In this document: piece by piece, positions 29,562 through 38,936 of the stretch
Layout: each line of letters begins with the position of its first letter
Numbering within the stretch: position 1 is the first letter of the stretch
Assembly (NCBI GenBank): GCA_028864975.1
Contig: JAGWLG010000009.1
Span: 54,145 to 118,144 of the forward strand
Length of the DNA: 64,000 bases
Reading direction: 5' to 3'
Source: Thermoplasmata archaeon
GTDB taxonomy: Archaea; Thermoplasmatota; Thermoplasmata; Lutacidiplasmatales; UBA184
Notes under the pieces: generated by a model
What the model was told of the DNA's origin: nothing
Seen by the model: only the letters and a program-made list of their open reading frames with translations
Databases searched by the model: none
Made by a program: the position numbers and the translations under genes

Positions 29562-29646
29562 TCGCCTCACGCTCGGGAAGGTTCGACGGCACGGAGGGCG
29601 TGCGAGCACGGGAGGCCGCTTCCTGCGGCGTAGGCGGGTTGCCCAT
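29269..29646 (-). CDS. Hypothetical protein downstream of the pilus locus
   Basis: Helical-looking 125-aa ORF; overlaps the kinase tail in antisense. Confidence 0.4.
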   Translation of the reverse strand: MGNPPTPQEAASRARTPSVPSNLPEREAINYLQRELLPELEHAHRQDLARGVELAVKQRSLAPLHHLSPAEKHSLLGALESRLGRRPSSGRRPGPSVVVRLVGCLDLTPPELLELERRHPIVPSR

Positions 29647-29722
29647 CTTGGTGCTGGGGACCGAGGTCCTCGTACGAACGAGCGGGGCGTCGGTACTTAA
29701 GCGGCGAGTCGCCAGGGTGACA

Positions 29723-31540
29723 TCACGCGGCGGCGGCGACGCCCGGGGAGCCCGGAGGCATCGGCGCCTGGGGCCCGGAGGTCTTCACGCCCGCCTTGGC
29801 CATGTCTTCGCGGCACTCCGTCAGGCACCCCGCGGGCTCCTTGTAGTAGAAGGCGACCAGGCGGCCCACGTCGCGGTGCGTGAAGGGCTTCTGACGCGTC
29901 GCTTGAGCCTCCTTCCAGCGCATGAACTCCAGGACCTCGACGCGCCGGCGGACCTCGCGCTCCATCTCCTTCATCGTCCAGTTCTTGAGCACGGCGACCT
30001 GCTCGTAGACGTAGGAGTGCCCGCTGTAGAGGAAGGTGTCGTCCGGGGCGTTCCAGGTGTAGACGGCGTTCGTGATCAGCTCGTTGGTCTCGGGGTCCAG
30101 ACCCACGATCTCGGTCAGGCTCTGGACGCGCCGGGTCATCTTCGTCCCCACCTTCACCTGCTTCTGGAGCAGGACCAGGTGGAGCGCGGCGACGAGCGAG
30201 CGGGGGAGCGAGATGGGGGGGTTCTCCATCCGGTGGACCATCGCCGAGACGGATTCCGCGTGGAAGGTCGTGTAGCATGTCTTCCCCGTGGCCATCGCCT
30301 GGAAGACGATGAACGCCTCCGCGCCACGCACCTCTCCGACCATCAGGTACTGCGGGCGTTGGCGTAGCGCCGCCGCGAGCAGGTCGAACATGTCGATCTC
30401 TCCCGGGGCCTTTCCCGTGAGCACGTTCTTCATCCCGAACCCGCTGCGCGTGAGCGACGGGATCCAGTTCTCGTGCGGGAGGTTGAGCTCGCGCGTGTCC
30501 TCGATGGAGACGATCTTCATCTGGGGGGGGATGAACAGCAGCACGGCGTTGAGCGTCGTGGTCTTCCCCGAGGCCGTCCCTCCGCAGACCATCATCGAGC
30601 GGCCGTTCTCGATGGCCACCCAGAGGTAGGCCATCATCTCGGTGCTCATCGTCTTGAACTTCATCAGGTCGACCGGGGTGAACGGGTTGTCCCGGAACCG
30701 CCGGATGGTGAAGGTCGACCCCTTCTTCGTCACGTAGATCCCGAGCGTCGCCTGGAGACGGCTGCCGTCCGGTACCGTCGCATCCAGGACCGGGCTCGCG
30801 ACGGAGATGTGCTTCCCCGAGCGCTGCGCGAGCCACACGACGAAGGCGTCCAGCTCCTGCTCGTTCGTGAACTTCATGTTCGAGCGGATCGACTGGTGCT
30901 TGCGGTGGTAGATGTAGATCGGAACGCCCACCCCGTCGCACGAGATGTCCTCGACCTCCGTGTCGGTCATCGGCGCGTCCACGATCCCGTAACCGATGAA
31001 GTCCCGTTCGAGGTAGTAGAGGACCCGGCCCTTGGTGACGGGGGCGGGGGAGAGGTCCCACTCCCGCAGCATGTTGTCGACCATTCGGCGCATCTCCCGG
31101 CGCTTCGTGATCGGATCGACCTCGGGGAGAGGCTGGAAGCGGTCGATGAGCGCCACCTTGAGCCGCGTTAGGAGCTCCTCCTCCAGCGGCGAGAGGGGGG
31201 GCTCGATGACCTCGTACATGTATTCGTTGCGAGCGTTGTTGAACGTGATCCGGACGTAGGCGTAGGGCTCGCGGATCGGATAGGTCTCGATCTCCGTGGT
31301 GTCCGCGTCCGGTAGCCCGGGCTTGGGCGTGGGGACCGACCCGCTCGTGGCGTAGGTGAGCTGGGCCATCTTCACCTGCCGGGGGAAGGTCTTGTCGCCC
31401 CGGTTGAGCGTGGCCGAGACCTTGAGGTGGAAGGGGAAGAAGATCTTCTTTCGGCGCTCCACCGTCGGCACCGCGGGACCGCGATGCGCGGCGGGAGCAC
31501 CACCACGCCTCTTCGAGGTCTTCTGGAGGTTCGTGCTCAT
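29723..31540 (-). CDS. Type II/IV secretion (archaeal T4P, FlaI/PilB-like) ATPase, copy 2
   Basis: EDISCDG, GGTASGKTT, SIEDTRE, MVGEVRG, TFHAES. Confidence 0.95.
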   Translation of the reverse strand: MSTNLQKTSKRRGGAPAAHRGPAVPTVERRKKIFFPFHLKVSATLNRGDKTFPRQVKMAQLTYATSGSVPTPKPGLPDADTTEIETYPIREPYAYVRITFNNARNEYMYEVIEPPLSPLEEELLTRLKVALIDRFQPLPEVDPITKRREMRRMVDNMLREWDLSPAPVTKGRVLYYLERDFIGYGIVDAPMTDTEVEDISCDGVGVPIYIYHRKHQSIRSNMKFTNEQELDAFVVWLAQRSGKHISVASPVLDATVPDGSRLQATLGIYVTKKGSTFTIRRFRDNPFTPVDLMKFKTMSTEMMAYLWVAIENGRSMMVCGGTASGKTTTLNAVLLFIPPQMKIVSIEDTRELNLPHENWIPSLTRSGFGMKNVLTGKAPGEIDMFDLLAAALRQRPQYLMVGEVRGAEAFIVFQAMATGKTCYTTFHAESVSAMVHRMENPPISLPRSLVAALHLVLLQKQVKVGTKMTRRVQSLTEIVGLDPETNELITNAVYTWNAPDDTFLYSGHSYVYEQVAVLKNWTMKEMEREVRRRVEVLEFMRWKEAQATRQKPFTHRDVGRLVAFYYKEPAGCLTECREDMAKAGVKTSGPQAPMPPGSPGVAAAA

Positions 31541-31543
31541 CGC

Positions 31544-32578
31544 TCAGCCTCCTGGGAGCACCACCGGCGGGACAATGAACCGCATGATGAACCAGCCGAC
31601 GGCGAGCATGACGCCGCCGTGCAGCATCCCCTCCGAGAGGCGTCCGGAGTGGATGACGCCCGCCATCATCCCGTCGCCCACCGCGTGGACGATGACGGCC
31701 GCGAGGAAGGCCAGGAAGACCGCCGGGATGAACGCGATGGAGATCCCCACTCCGCCGTTCCCCGCCGCGCTCGCGGCGGAGGACTGGAGCCCGGCTCCCG
31801 CCGTGACCATCTGGGGAAGGAACGTGACCGCCATGATGATGATCGTCACGAGGAAGACGAAGAACGAGATGTAGATCACCGTGAGGTAGGTGAGCATCGT
31901 GATCTTCCGCTGCTCCTCGTTGAGCTGGGTCTCGCGCGTGTCGTGTGCGACCATGGTGAGGACGTCCGCGACGTTCCCCCCGGCCTCGTTCGCCTTGATG
32001 ATGATCGAGACCACGCGGCGGGTCAGCGGGGTGTCGATCCGCTCCTGGAAGAGGGTGAGCGCGTGGGCCACCGGGACGCCCCACTCGAGCTGGCTCGCCA
32101 TCCGCTTGATCTCCTCTGTGAGCCGGCCGTAGCGCCCCTTGCTCGCAACGATGATGGCCTCGGGAAGCGTCATGCCGAAGCGACCGGCCTCCGCGACATC
32201 GCGCAGGAAGTCCGGAAGACGGGACTCGATGTTGTCGATCATCGTCGCTTGACGGTAGGCGACGATCCCGTAGGGGAAGAGCACCGCGAGGCCCCCGATC
32301 ACGGCCCAGTCGACCAGGGCGTTGGTATGGAACGACGCGTTCGCCTGGTCCTCCCCGGCCCGGAGGGTGAGGGCTCCGGTGGTCCCGGCGATGATCCCGA
32401 TGACGATGCAGACGACCATCACGGCCAGGCCAATGTAGAAGATGTAGATCGTGCGGAATCCCGCCTTCTTCGTTCGGGTGGCGGTCGCGATCACCGGGAC
32501 CACGGACCCGGCGGACTTCGAGACCTTGGGCTTGCCGACCCCGCCCGGGGCCTGGATCTTCACGTTCGCTGTCGCCAT
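31544..32578 (-). CDS. TadC/FlaJ-like (T2SS-F) platform membrane protein, copy 2
   Basis: RLPDFLRDVAE..G, YGRLTEEI, EAGGNVADVL, multiple TM helices. Confidence 0.92.
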   Translation of the reverse strand: MATANVKIQAPGGVGKPKVSKSAGSVVPVIATATRTKKAGFRTIYIFYIGLAVMVVCIVIGIIAGTTGALTLRAGEDQANASFHTNALVDWAVIGGLAVLFPYGIVAYRQATMIDNIESRLPDFLRDVAEAGRFGMTLPEAIIVASKGRYGRLTEEIKRMASQLEWGVPVAHALTLFQERIDTPLTRRVVSIIIKANEAGGNVADVLTMVAHDTRETQLNEEQRKITMLTYLTVIYISFFVFLVTIIIMAVTFLPQMVTAGAGLQSSAASAAGNGGVGISIAFIPAVFLAFLAAVIVHAVGDGMMAGVIHSGRLSEGMLHGGVMLAVGWFIMRFIVPPVVLPGG

Positions 32579-32579
32579 G

Positions 32580-33605
32580 CTACTTCCCCTCGTTCGCGGC
32601 CAGGTACATGAGCGTCACGAAGGCGAACTGTCCCAGCGGGATCATGAGGCCGATGATCGCCCATAGGAAGGTCAGGACCTGGGCCCCGTAGTTCCCGACG
32701 ATGGCGAAGATGGCGAGCATGATCACGAGGAAGAGGGGGAACGCGACGATGGTCGTCACGAAGACCTCGGCGAGGAGACCCATGCTCTCCACGCGCTTCA
32801 GGAGGTCGAGCTTGTTCTCGCGCTCGTACTGTTCGGCCTTGAGCAGGAAGTAGGGCTTGAGCAACCCTCCGCTCGTCGCGGTGGTCACCACCCCCTGCAG
32901 GAAGTCCTGGAAGCGCTTGGAGGGGGTCCGGTTCGCGCCCTGCTTGATCGCGGTCAGGATATCGATGCCCAGGAGCTCGGTGTCCCGGGTGATCCATGCC
33001 GCTTCCTCCGCGACCTGGCCGTAGATCTTCTGCTGGCCGAGCTCCTTGAAGATCGCATCGATGTTGACGTCAGCGCTCGCCATCGCGGAGACGAAGCTCA
33101 TCGCGGCGGAGATCTTCACGTCGATCTTCTTCCCGCGGGACTTCGCCCGGGAGTGGGGCGCGCTCCTCAGGATCATCGGCAGGACGAAGAACATGATGAG
33201 GACGAGGACCGCGCCGATCGCGATCGGGATGAAGATGTTGAGGCCGCCCAGGACCCCCAGGAGCAGGATGATGACCCCGGCGAGGGCGAGCCCCGCGGGG
33301 AGCAGCACGACCCACTGGAGGAACATCACGTAGGCCAGGTATTCGTCGGCCCGGATCCTCATGTGCGCGCGAGGGAGCTCCTCGGCGAGGAGCGGGTCGG
33401 GGTTGCCCCGGACACGGTCCTTGAACATCCTCCAGGCCGTCACCTGGAGCGGCGTCAGCCCGGCGAAGTCCGGTTGCTCGCCCTTCTTCAGGCGGACGGC
33501 GCGGTGGACCTTCTCATCCACCTTCACCACGGCCGCGTGGGTCCGGTAGAGCGACTTGCGCTCCGCTTCGAGCCGGCCGAAGCTATCGACGGCTTCCGGT
33601 GCCAT
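32580..33605 (-). CDS. TadC/FlaJ-like (T2SS-F) platform membrane protein, copy 1
   Basis: YGQVAEEAAWITRDTELLGIDI, TPSKRFQDFLQG, TM helices. Confidence 0.92.
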   Translation of the reverse strand: MAPEAVDSFGRLEAERKSLYRTHAAVVKVDEKVHRAVRLKKGEQPDFAGLTPLQVTAWRMFKDRVRGNPDPLLAEELPRAHMRIRADEYLAYVMFLQWVVLLPAGLALAGVIILLLGVLGGLNIFIPIAIGAVLVLIMFFVLPMILRSAPHSRAKSRGKKIDVKISAAMSFVSAMASADVNIDAIFKELGQQKIYGQVAEEAAWITRDTELLGIDILTAIKQGANRTPSKRFQDFLQGVVTTATSGGLLKPYFLLKAEQYERENKLDLLKRVESMGLLAEVFVTTIVAFPLFLVIMLAIFAIVGNYGAQVLTFLWAIIGLMIPLGQFAFVTLMYLAANEGK

Positions 33606-35264
33606 TTACGCCGCCACCTCCGGGCGGTAGCCGATCTTGGTCATGACCTCGGTCGCATCGCGGTAGTAGCTCGTGACCAGCTTCCAGATCTGGCGATAGT
33701 CGACCATCTTCTGCTCGACCATGTACTTGACCACGGCAACGCGCCGCTGGAACTCCGCCTCCATCTCTTCGTGGGTCAGGTTCTTGAGCTCCATCAGGGT
33801 GTCGAAAAGGAACGAGTGGCCCTTGAAGTTGAACGCATCCTTCGAAGGGTCCCATTCGTAGACCGTGTTCGTGATGAGCTCGTTCGTCTCGGGCTCGAAA
33901 CCGACGATCTCCAGGATCTGCTTGATCCTCCGGACGACCGAGTCCCCCACGCGCCCCTGGTACTGGATGATGACCGTGTTGAGCGCGGCGAGCAGGATGC
34001 GCGGCGTGTTGATGGGGGGGTTCTCGAGACGGTTGACCATGCTCTTGACGCTGTCCGCGTGCATGGTCGAGTAGGTACAGTGGCCCGTGGCCATCGCCTG
34101 GAACATCGTGTAGGTCTCCTTCCCTCGCACCTCCCCCACGATGATGTAGTTCGGGCGCTGACGCAACGCCGCACGGACCAGGTCGAACATGTCGACCTCC
34201 CCGGCGGCCTTCCCGTCCGGCCCCCGGTCGCCGGAGCCGCTCCGCGTCGCTCCGGGGATCCAGTTCTCGTGGGGCAAGTTCACTTCCCGGGTGTCCTCGA
34301 GCGAGACGATCTTCGCTGTGGGGGGGATGAACAGCGCCGCCGCGTTCAGCGTCGACGTCTTGCCCGAAGCAGGCCCACCGCAGATGATCATCGACTGCTG
34401 GTTCTCCGCCGCAAGCCAGAGGTAGGCGACCATCTCGGGGCTCGCCGTCCCCGCCAGCACGAGGTCGACGGGGGTCCAGGGCTTCTCCTTGAACCGACGG
34501 ATGGTGAAGCTCCCGCCGCGGGTCGTGACCTCCCGCGCATAGGTGGCTTGGACACGGTGCCCTTCGGGAGTGGTCCCGTCCAAGATGGGGGCGGAGCGGG
34601 AGACCTGCTTGCCGCAGCGCTGACCCAGGCTCACGACGAAGCTGTTGAGCGCGTCCTCGTCATCGAAGATGACGTTGGTCTTGACGCTCTCGTACTTCTT
34701 GTGGAAGACGTAGAGCGGGACCTCGACGCCATCGCAGGAGATGTCCTCCAGCGCCTCGTCCGCCATCAGGACGTCCACGGGTCCGTAGCCGACGAAGTCG
34801 CGGAGGATGTAGTAGGAGATCCGCTCCAGCGACAGCGGCGAGAGCGAGACCGAGCGGGTCTTGAGGTAGTTCTCGACCGTCTGACGTAGATGGGCCCGCT
34901 TGTCCGCGGTCTTCATCTTCGTCCCCTCGGCACCCAGGAGCTTGTCCAGGGTCTCCTTGATGTGTTTGAGGACGGTCTTCTCGCTCCCCGTGAGCTGGGG
35001 CTCGATGACCTCGTAGAGGTACTCCTTCGTACGGTCGTTGTAGGTCACCCGCGAGAAGGAATAGGGAGGCTGCACTCCCACCAGTTCCACCAGCCGAGAG
35101 GCCTTTTCCGGTGGTGGGGGAACGGCGGTGATGTAGGTGCCCGCGAGGTCCGCGCTCCCCTCTTTCGCTCCCGGTTCGGCGCCGGGGGCCGACGGCTTCG
35201 CCTTGAGCTTCCCCTTGGGGACGCGGATGACGTAAGCACCTTGGGTGGTCTGGGTCGTCGCCAT
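33606..35264 (-). CDS. Type II/IV secretion (archaeal T4P) ATPase, copy 1
   Basis: EDISCDG, GGPASGKTS, SLEDTRE, IVGEVRG, TMHADS. Confidence 0.95.
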   Translation of the reverse strand: MATTQTTQGAYVIRVPKGKLKAKPSAPGAEPGAKEGSADLAGTYITAVPPPPEKASRLVELVGVQPPYSFSRVTYNDRTKEYLYEVIEPQLTGSEKTVLKHIKETLDKLLGAEGTKMKTADKRAHLRQTVENYLKTRSVSLSPLSLERISYYILRDFVGYGPVDVLMADEALEDISCDGVEVPLYVFHKKYESVKTNVIFDDEDALNSFVVSLGQRCGKQVSRSAPILDGTTPEGHRVQATYAREVTTRGGSFTIRRFKEKPWTPVDLVLAGTASPEMVAYLWLAAENQQSMIICGGPASGKTSTLNAAALFIPPTAKIVSLEDTREVNLPHENWIPGATRSGSGDRGPDGKAAGEVDMFDLVRAALRQRPNYIIVGEVRGKETYTMFQAMATGHCTYSTMHADSVKSMVNRLENPPINTPRILLAALNTVIIQYQGRVGDSVVRRIKQILEIVGFEPETNELITNTVYEWDPSKDAFNFKGHSFLFDTLMELKNLTHEEMEAEFQRRVAVVKYMVEQKMVDYRQIWKLVTSYYRDATEVMTKIGYRPEVAA

Positions 35265-35280
35265 TTCTCGTTCCTAGCTC

Positions 35281-36228
35281 CTAACTGGGGTTACCGATGC
35301 CCATCTGGATGGTGAAGGTTGCGACCGTGAAGGTGAAGGTGGGGACCGTCGGGAAGTAGACATGCATCTGTTGGAGCTGGTCCACCAGCCCCAGGTTCGC
35401 GGGGCAGGTCGCGGGGCTGAACTGCGGGACGATCCCGTTCTGCTTGAGCACATTCCCGAGGAACGACTGCCAAGCGCACGGGTAGTAGGTGTCGAAGGTC
35501 ATGTTCACCGCGGTGTTCGAGGTCTGCCAGATCTGGCTCTGGATGTAGGTGACATAGACCTCGTTGGTGCCGGTGGAGGAGAGCCGCGTCGTGTTCCCGT
35601 ACATGTAATAGAGGGTGATCGAGAGGGCCTGCTGGAACCCCGTCCCGGTCGCGGTGATGCTCGGCTGGTAGAGCATCGTCTGCTGGTTGCCTCCCTGGGT
35701 CTGGAAGAGCCCTCCGAGGGTGATGACGTAGGTCACGGGAGTGTAGTAGCGGTTGGGGAGGACCATCGAGATCTCGGCGGGGGAGTTGTTCCAGTACGTG
35801 TTCCCATGAGGTTGCGGAGGCCCGTAGGGCGATGCGGACATGTTGAAACTGACATTGGCGTAGAGCTGGGGGATCTGGAGGAAGGAGAGGGTCCCCTGCG
35901 TCGGAGTGGCGAAGACCGGGATCCCTCCGGACTGCATCGTGACCGGGGTCGAACATCCGTGCCCGGGGATGTTGTAGAGCGCAAGGAGGTCCATGCACTG
36001 CTTGACCTCCCCCAGCTGACCGGCGACCTGGTTCGCGAACATCGACTCGTTGTCGGCCATCCAGAGGGGAAGGAACTGGGTCAGGAAGATCCCGAACAGG
36101 GTCATGAACACGAGAAGGGCGAGCAGGGTGCCTACCACGGCCGCGACCCCGCGGGAGGAGCGCTGGAGCCGCCGCCCCCGTAGCCTCTTGAGGGGACGGC
36201 CGGGGATGCGGTCGCGTGGGCAAGACAT
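35281..36228 (-). CDS. Large pilin-like protein with class III signal peptide
   Basis: Basic N-terminus, then RG|VAAVVGTLLALLVFMTLFGIFL hydrophobic helix; first gene of the T4P operon. Confidence 0.82.
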   Translation of the reverse strand: MSCPRDRIPGRPLKRLRGRRLQRSSRGVAAVVGTLLALLVFMTLFGIFLTQFLPLWMADNESMFANQVAGQLGEVKQCMDLLALYNIPGHGCSTPVTMQSGGIPVFATPTQGTLSFLQIPQLYANVSFNMSASPYGPPQPHGNTYWNNSPAEISMVLPNRYYTPVTYVITLGGLFQTQGGNQQTMLYQPSITATGTGFQQALSITLYYMYGNTTRLSSTGTNEVYVTYIQSQIWQTSNTAVNMTFDTYYPCAWQSFLGNVLKQNGIVPQFSPATCPANLGLVDQLQQMHVYFPTVPTFTFTVATFTIQMGIGNPS

Positions 36229-36369
36229 CGGTGAACAACCCCTCGGGCCACCGACCCGTTGGGCGTAAGGATGTACCTCGAAGCCCGTCTTAAACCCTCC
36301 CCTGGGGGTCGCCCGAAGCCTCGAGGGCCGTCCAAATCATTAAACCCTCGCCCCACTGGAAGCCGACCC

Positions 36370-36861
36370 ATGACCGTCCAGGAGATCTCCCTTGTCGTGG
36401 CGAACCGCCCCGGGGCCTTGCGGGATGTCGCCCACCTCCTCGCCGAAGGCAGGATCAACGTCGCGGCCCTCTCGGTCGCTTCTCAGGGGAACCGGAGCTT
36501 CTGCCGCGTCGTGGTGAACGATACCGAGAACGCCCTCTGGCGGCTGAGAAAGGCCGGCTACAAGGTCGACGCGACCGACCTCCTTATCGTCCATATGGAG
36601 GACAAGGCCGGGGCGCTGGTGCGGGTCCTGGATGTCCTGGCCGCCAAGAAGATCAACGTTCTCGCCGCCTGCATCCTCGTCACCCGGGCCCACCAGCGGG
36701 TCCTCATCGGTCTGGCCGTTACGAACCCCCAGCGGGCGCGAACGATCCTCTCGGACAGCGGATTCCTGGCCCCGGGAGCGGAGGAGCTGGTGACCAACGC
36801 CGACCTGGTCGCGGGCACCCCCTCGGCGGTCCCCGGGGAATCGGTCGGTCTGCTCCTCTAG
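36370..36861 (+). CDS. Tandem ACT-domain protein
   Basis: VANRPGAL..VAHLLAEGRINV and MEDKAGAL..VLDVLAAKKINV. Confidence 0.88.
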   Translation: MTVQEISLVVANRPGALRDVAHLLAEGRINVAALSVASQGNRSFCRVVVNDTENALWRLRKAGYKVDATDLLIVHMEDKAGALVRVLDVLAAKKINVLAACILVTRAHQRVLIGLAVTNPQRARTILSDSGFLAPGAEELVTNADLVAGTPSAVPGESVGLLL

Positions 36862-38069
36862 CCCGAGCCGGCATCCGGGGAGGCCGGCCCTCGTGCAGGG
36901 TCCCTGAGGCGGCCCGCTCTCCGCGGAGGTAGGGGGGCCACCGAGAGGGTGACCCCTGCTCCCGGCTGCTCCCGTTCGACCAGCGCCCGTACCGACTCCA
37001 TCTGGCGGCGGTAGGTCTTGCTGTCGCCCTCTCGGATCGCCTTGCGGAGCCCTCCCAGGGCCGTCTCCAATCGGGTGAACAGGGCTTCCGAGGCGGGGTT
37101 CAAGGTCTGGATGTCGAAGGAAAGCTCGGGGTTCTCCGAGGCGATGATCCCGGCGGTCTCCGCCTGGCGGAGGAAGCTCGTGGGAGCGGCGCGGAAGAGC
37201 TCACCGGGGGGGCGAGGGTTCTCCGCGAGGGCGGCCCCGAAGAGCAAGCTCACGACGTGGGGAAGGGCCAGGGTCTCGGCCATGAGCGCGTCGTGCCGCT
37301 CGATCGGTAGCTCGTTGATCGTGAGCGAGCTCGCGGCGAAGAGCCTCCGGGCCCGTTCGTTGGCCCGGGCGTCCCCGCAGTCCAGGATAAGGAGGTTCCG
37401 GCCGGAGAGCGTGCGCGCCGAGGGCCCGAAGAGCGGGTGGACGCTCGTGATGTGGAACCCCGCGTCCACGCCACGCCGGATCCAGGGAAGGATGGGCTGC
37501 TTGATCGAGAGGATGTCCAGGATCGTCCCCTCGGCCTCGGTCTTGAGGAGCTCCCGATAGACCGCGGGGGCGGCCCGCATGGGTGTCGCGACCACCACGA
37601 CGTCCGCGTCCTGGGCCGCGCGAGAGAGGTCCGACTGAACGGAGTACCCGCGGGCCCGTCGCGGGTCCGCCCGTGGGTCGAGGACCCCCACGCGATGCCC
37701 CCCTGCCCGGAGGAACTCTCGGACCCAGGCTCCCATCGCCCCTTCGCCGCCCACGACGAGGACGTCCGACGCGCGCGGAGCGCCGCGGGCACCCTCGCCC
37801 ATCCGCTCCTGGGCACGGACGGCCTCCTCGATGAGCCATCGGGCCAGCGCCTCGGCGCGCTCGGGGGGGACCTCGACGCGTGCCAGGTCCTCCGTCCAAC
37901 GTTCGAGGACACTGCGCTCCGCGGCGTAGTCGCGGATCGGCAGGCCGACCGACCGTTTCGCCTCCCCGATCTGTCGCGCGATCGCCAAGCGGCGACCGAC
38001 GGCGGAGCGGATCTCGGCGTCCGCCTTCGCGAGCTCCGCCCTCAGCTCCGAGAGATCAGGGTCCGCCAC
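36858..38069 (-). CDS. tyrA: Bifunctional chorismate mutase / prephenate dehydrogenase
   Basis: N-terminal AroQ (LRAELAKADAEI..R..IGEAK..PIRDYAAE), VGGEGAMG, DILSIK, SVHPLFGP. Confidence 0.9.
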   Translation of the reverse strand: MADPDLSELRAELAKADAEIRSAVGRRLAIARQIGEAKRSVGLPIRDYAAERSVLERWTEDLARVEVPPERAEALARWLIEEAVRAQERMGEGARGAPRASDVLVVGGEGAMGAWVREFLRAGGHRVGVLDPRADPRRARGYSVQSDLSRAAQDADVVVVATPMRAAPAVYRELLKTEAEGTILDILSIKQPILPWIRRGVDAGFHITSVHPLFGPSARTLSGRNLLILDCGDARANERARRLFAASSLTINELPIERHDALMAETLALPHVVSLLFGAALAENPRPPGELFRAAPTSFLRQAETAGIIASENPELSFDIQTLNPASEALFTRLETALGGLRKAIREGDSKTYRRQMESVRALVEREQPGAGVTLSVAPLPPRRAGRLRDPARGPASPDAGSG

Positions 38070-38140
38070 GGACGTCCTCGGCCTCGCACAGAGGTATCCA
38101 CCTTCCTGGCATAACCCCCCGGGGGGTGGGACGAAGGACG

Positions 38141-38674
38141 ATGAAGACGCTCGAGGTCCGTCGCCATAGCCTGCGCACCCCGCCAGAGGAGCACCTGTCC
38201 AAGGAAGGCCTCGAGCTCGCCGAAGACGTCGGCCGAAGTTCCGGGGGCTTTGCTGCCGCCCTCTCGAGCCCCCTCCCTAGGGCCAGGGAGACGGCGGAAG
38301 CCATGGGGGTCGTCCCGACCCGAGTGGAGGAGCTGTGGAGCTCCCTCGGAGAGGCGGACGACCTTCCCTGGCCGGCGACGTTCCTGATGTGTCGGGAAGC
38401 GTTGGCCCGCGGAGGAGGCGCGGCCCGGCTTTCCGGTCGTCTGGTCGCTTCAGCGCTACGGCTCGTCCAAGAGGTACCGGAGGATACCTCGGCGCTGATC
38501 ATCACCCACGGAGGTCTGCCGGAACTCCTCGCCGCGGCGCTCTTCCCTGCCGAGGACGCTCGCGCCTGGGGCGGCGCGTTGCGTTGCATGGAGGGGATCC
38601 GGATCACGTTCGAGGGGGGTCTACCGGTTCAGATCGGTGTCCTTCGGCTGGACCCGGGGCGGACCCGCCTCTGA
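38141..38674 (+). CDS. Histidine phosphatase superfamily protein
   Basis: RRHS, SSPLPRARETA, IITHGG. Confidence 0.8.
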   Translation: MKTLEVRRHSLRTPPEEHLSKEGLELAEDVGRSSGGFAAALSSPLPRARETAEAMGVVPTRVEELWSSLGEADDLPWPATFLMCREALARGGGAARLSGRLVASALRLVQEVPEDTSALIITHGGLPELLAAALFPAEDARAWGGALRCMEGIRITFEGGLPVQIGVLRLDPGRTRL

Positions 38675-38730
38675 GGACGAAGCCGTTCTCGGGAAGCCTT
38701 CTTAGGTCCCTCGAATCTGCGCCCCGCCGC

Positions 38731-38802
38731 GCGGACATAGTGTAGTGGTTAGCACGCAAGCTTCCCAAGCTTGCTACCCGGGTTCGAATCCCGGTGTCCG
38801 CA
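38731..38802 (+). tRNA. tRNA-Gly(CCC)
   Basis: GCGGACA/TGTCCGC acceptor, CAAGC-TTCCCAA-GCTTG anticodon arm, CCGGG-TTCGAAT-CCCGG T arm. Confidence 0.95.
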
Positions 38803-38936
38803 TCGTGGAAACACCGTCGAACGAGAGGGTTTGAGACCCCCTCTAATCTGATGGACAATCGGGCCCATCGAGGCGGGCCCACGTCGTGCCCGAGACGGTG
38901 TCCGCGGTCACGCTCCCCTCTTCTCGGATCTCTCGC

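Noticed and set aside
36960-36969. 10-bp match to the tRNA-Tyr 3' end
   Set aside because: It lies inside the tyrA coding sequence and encloses core genes; likely chance.
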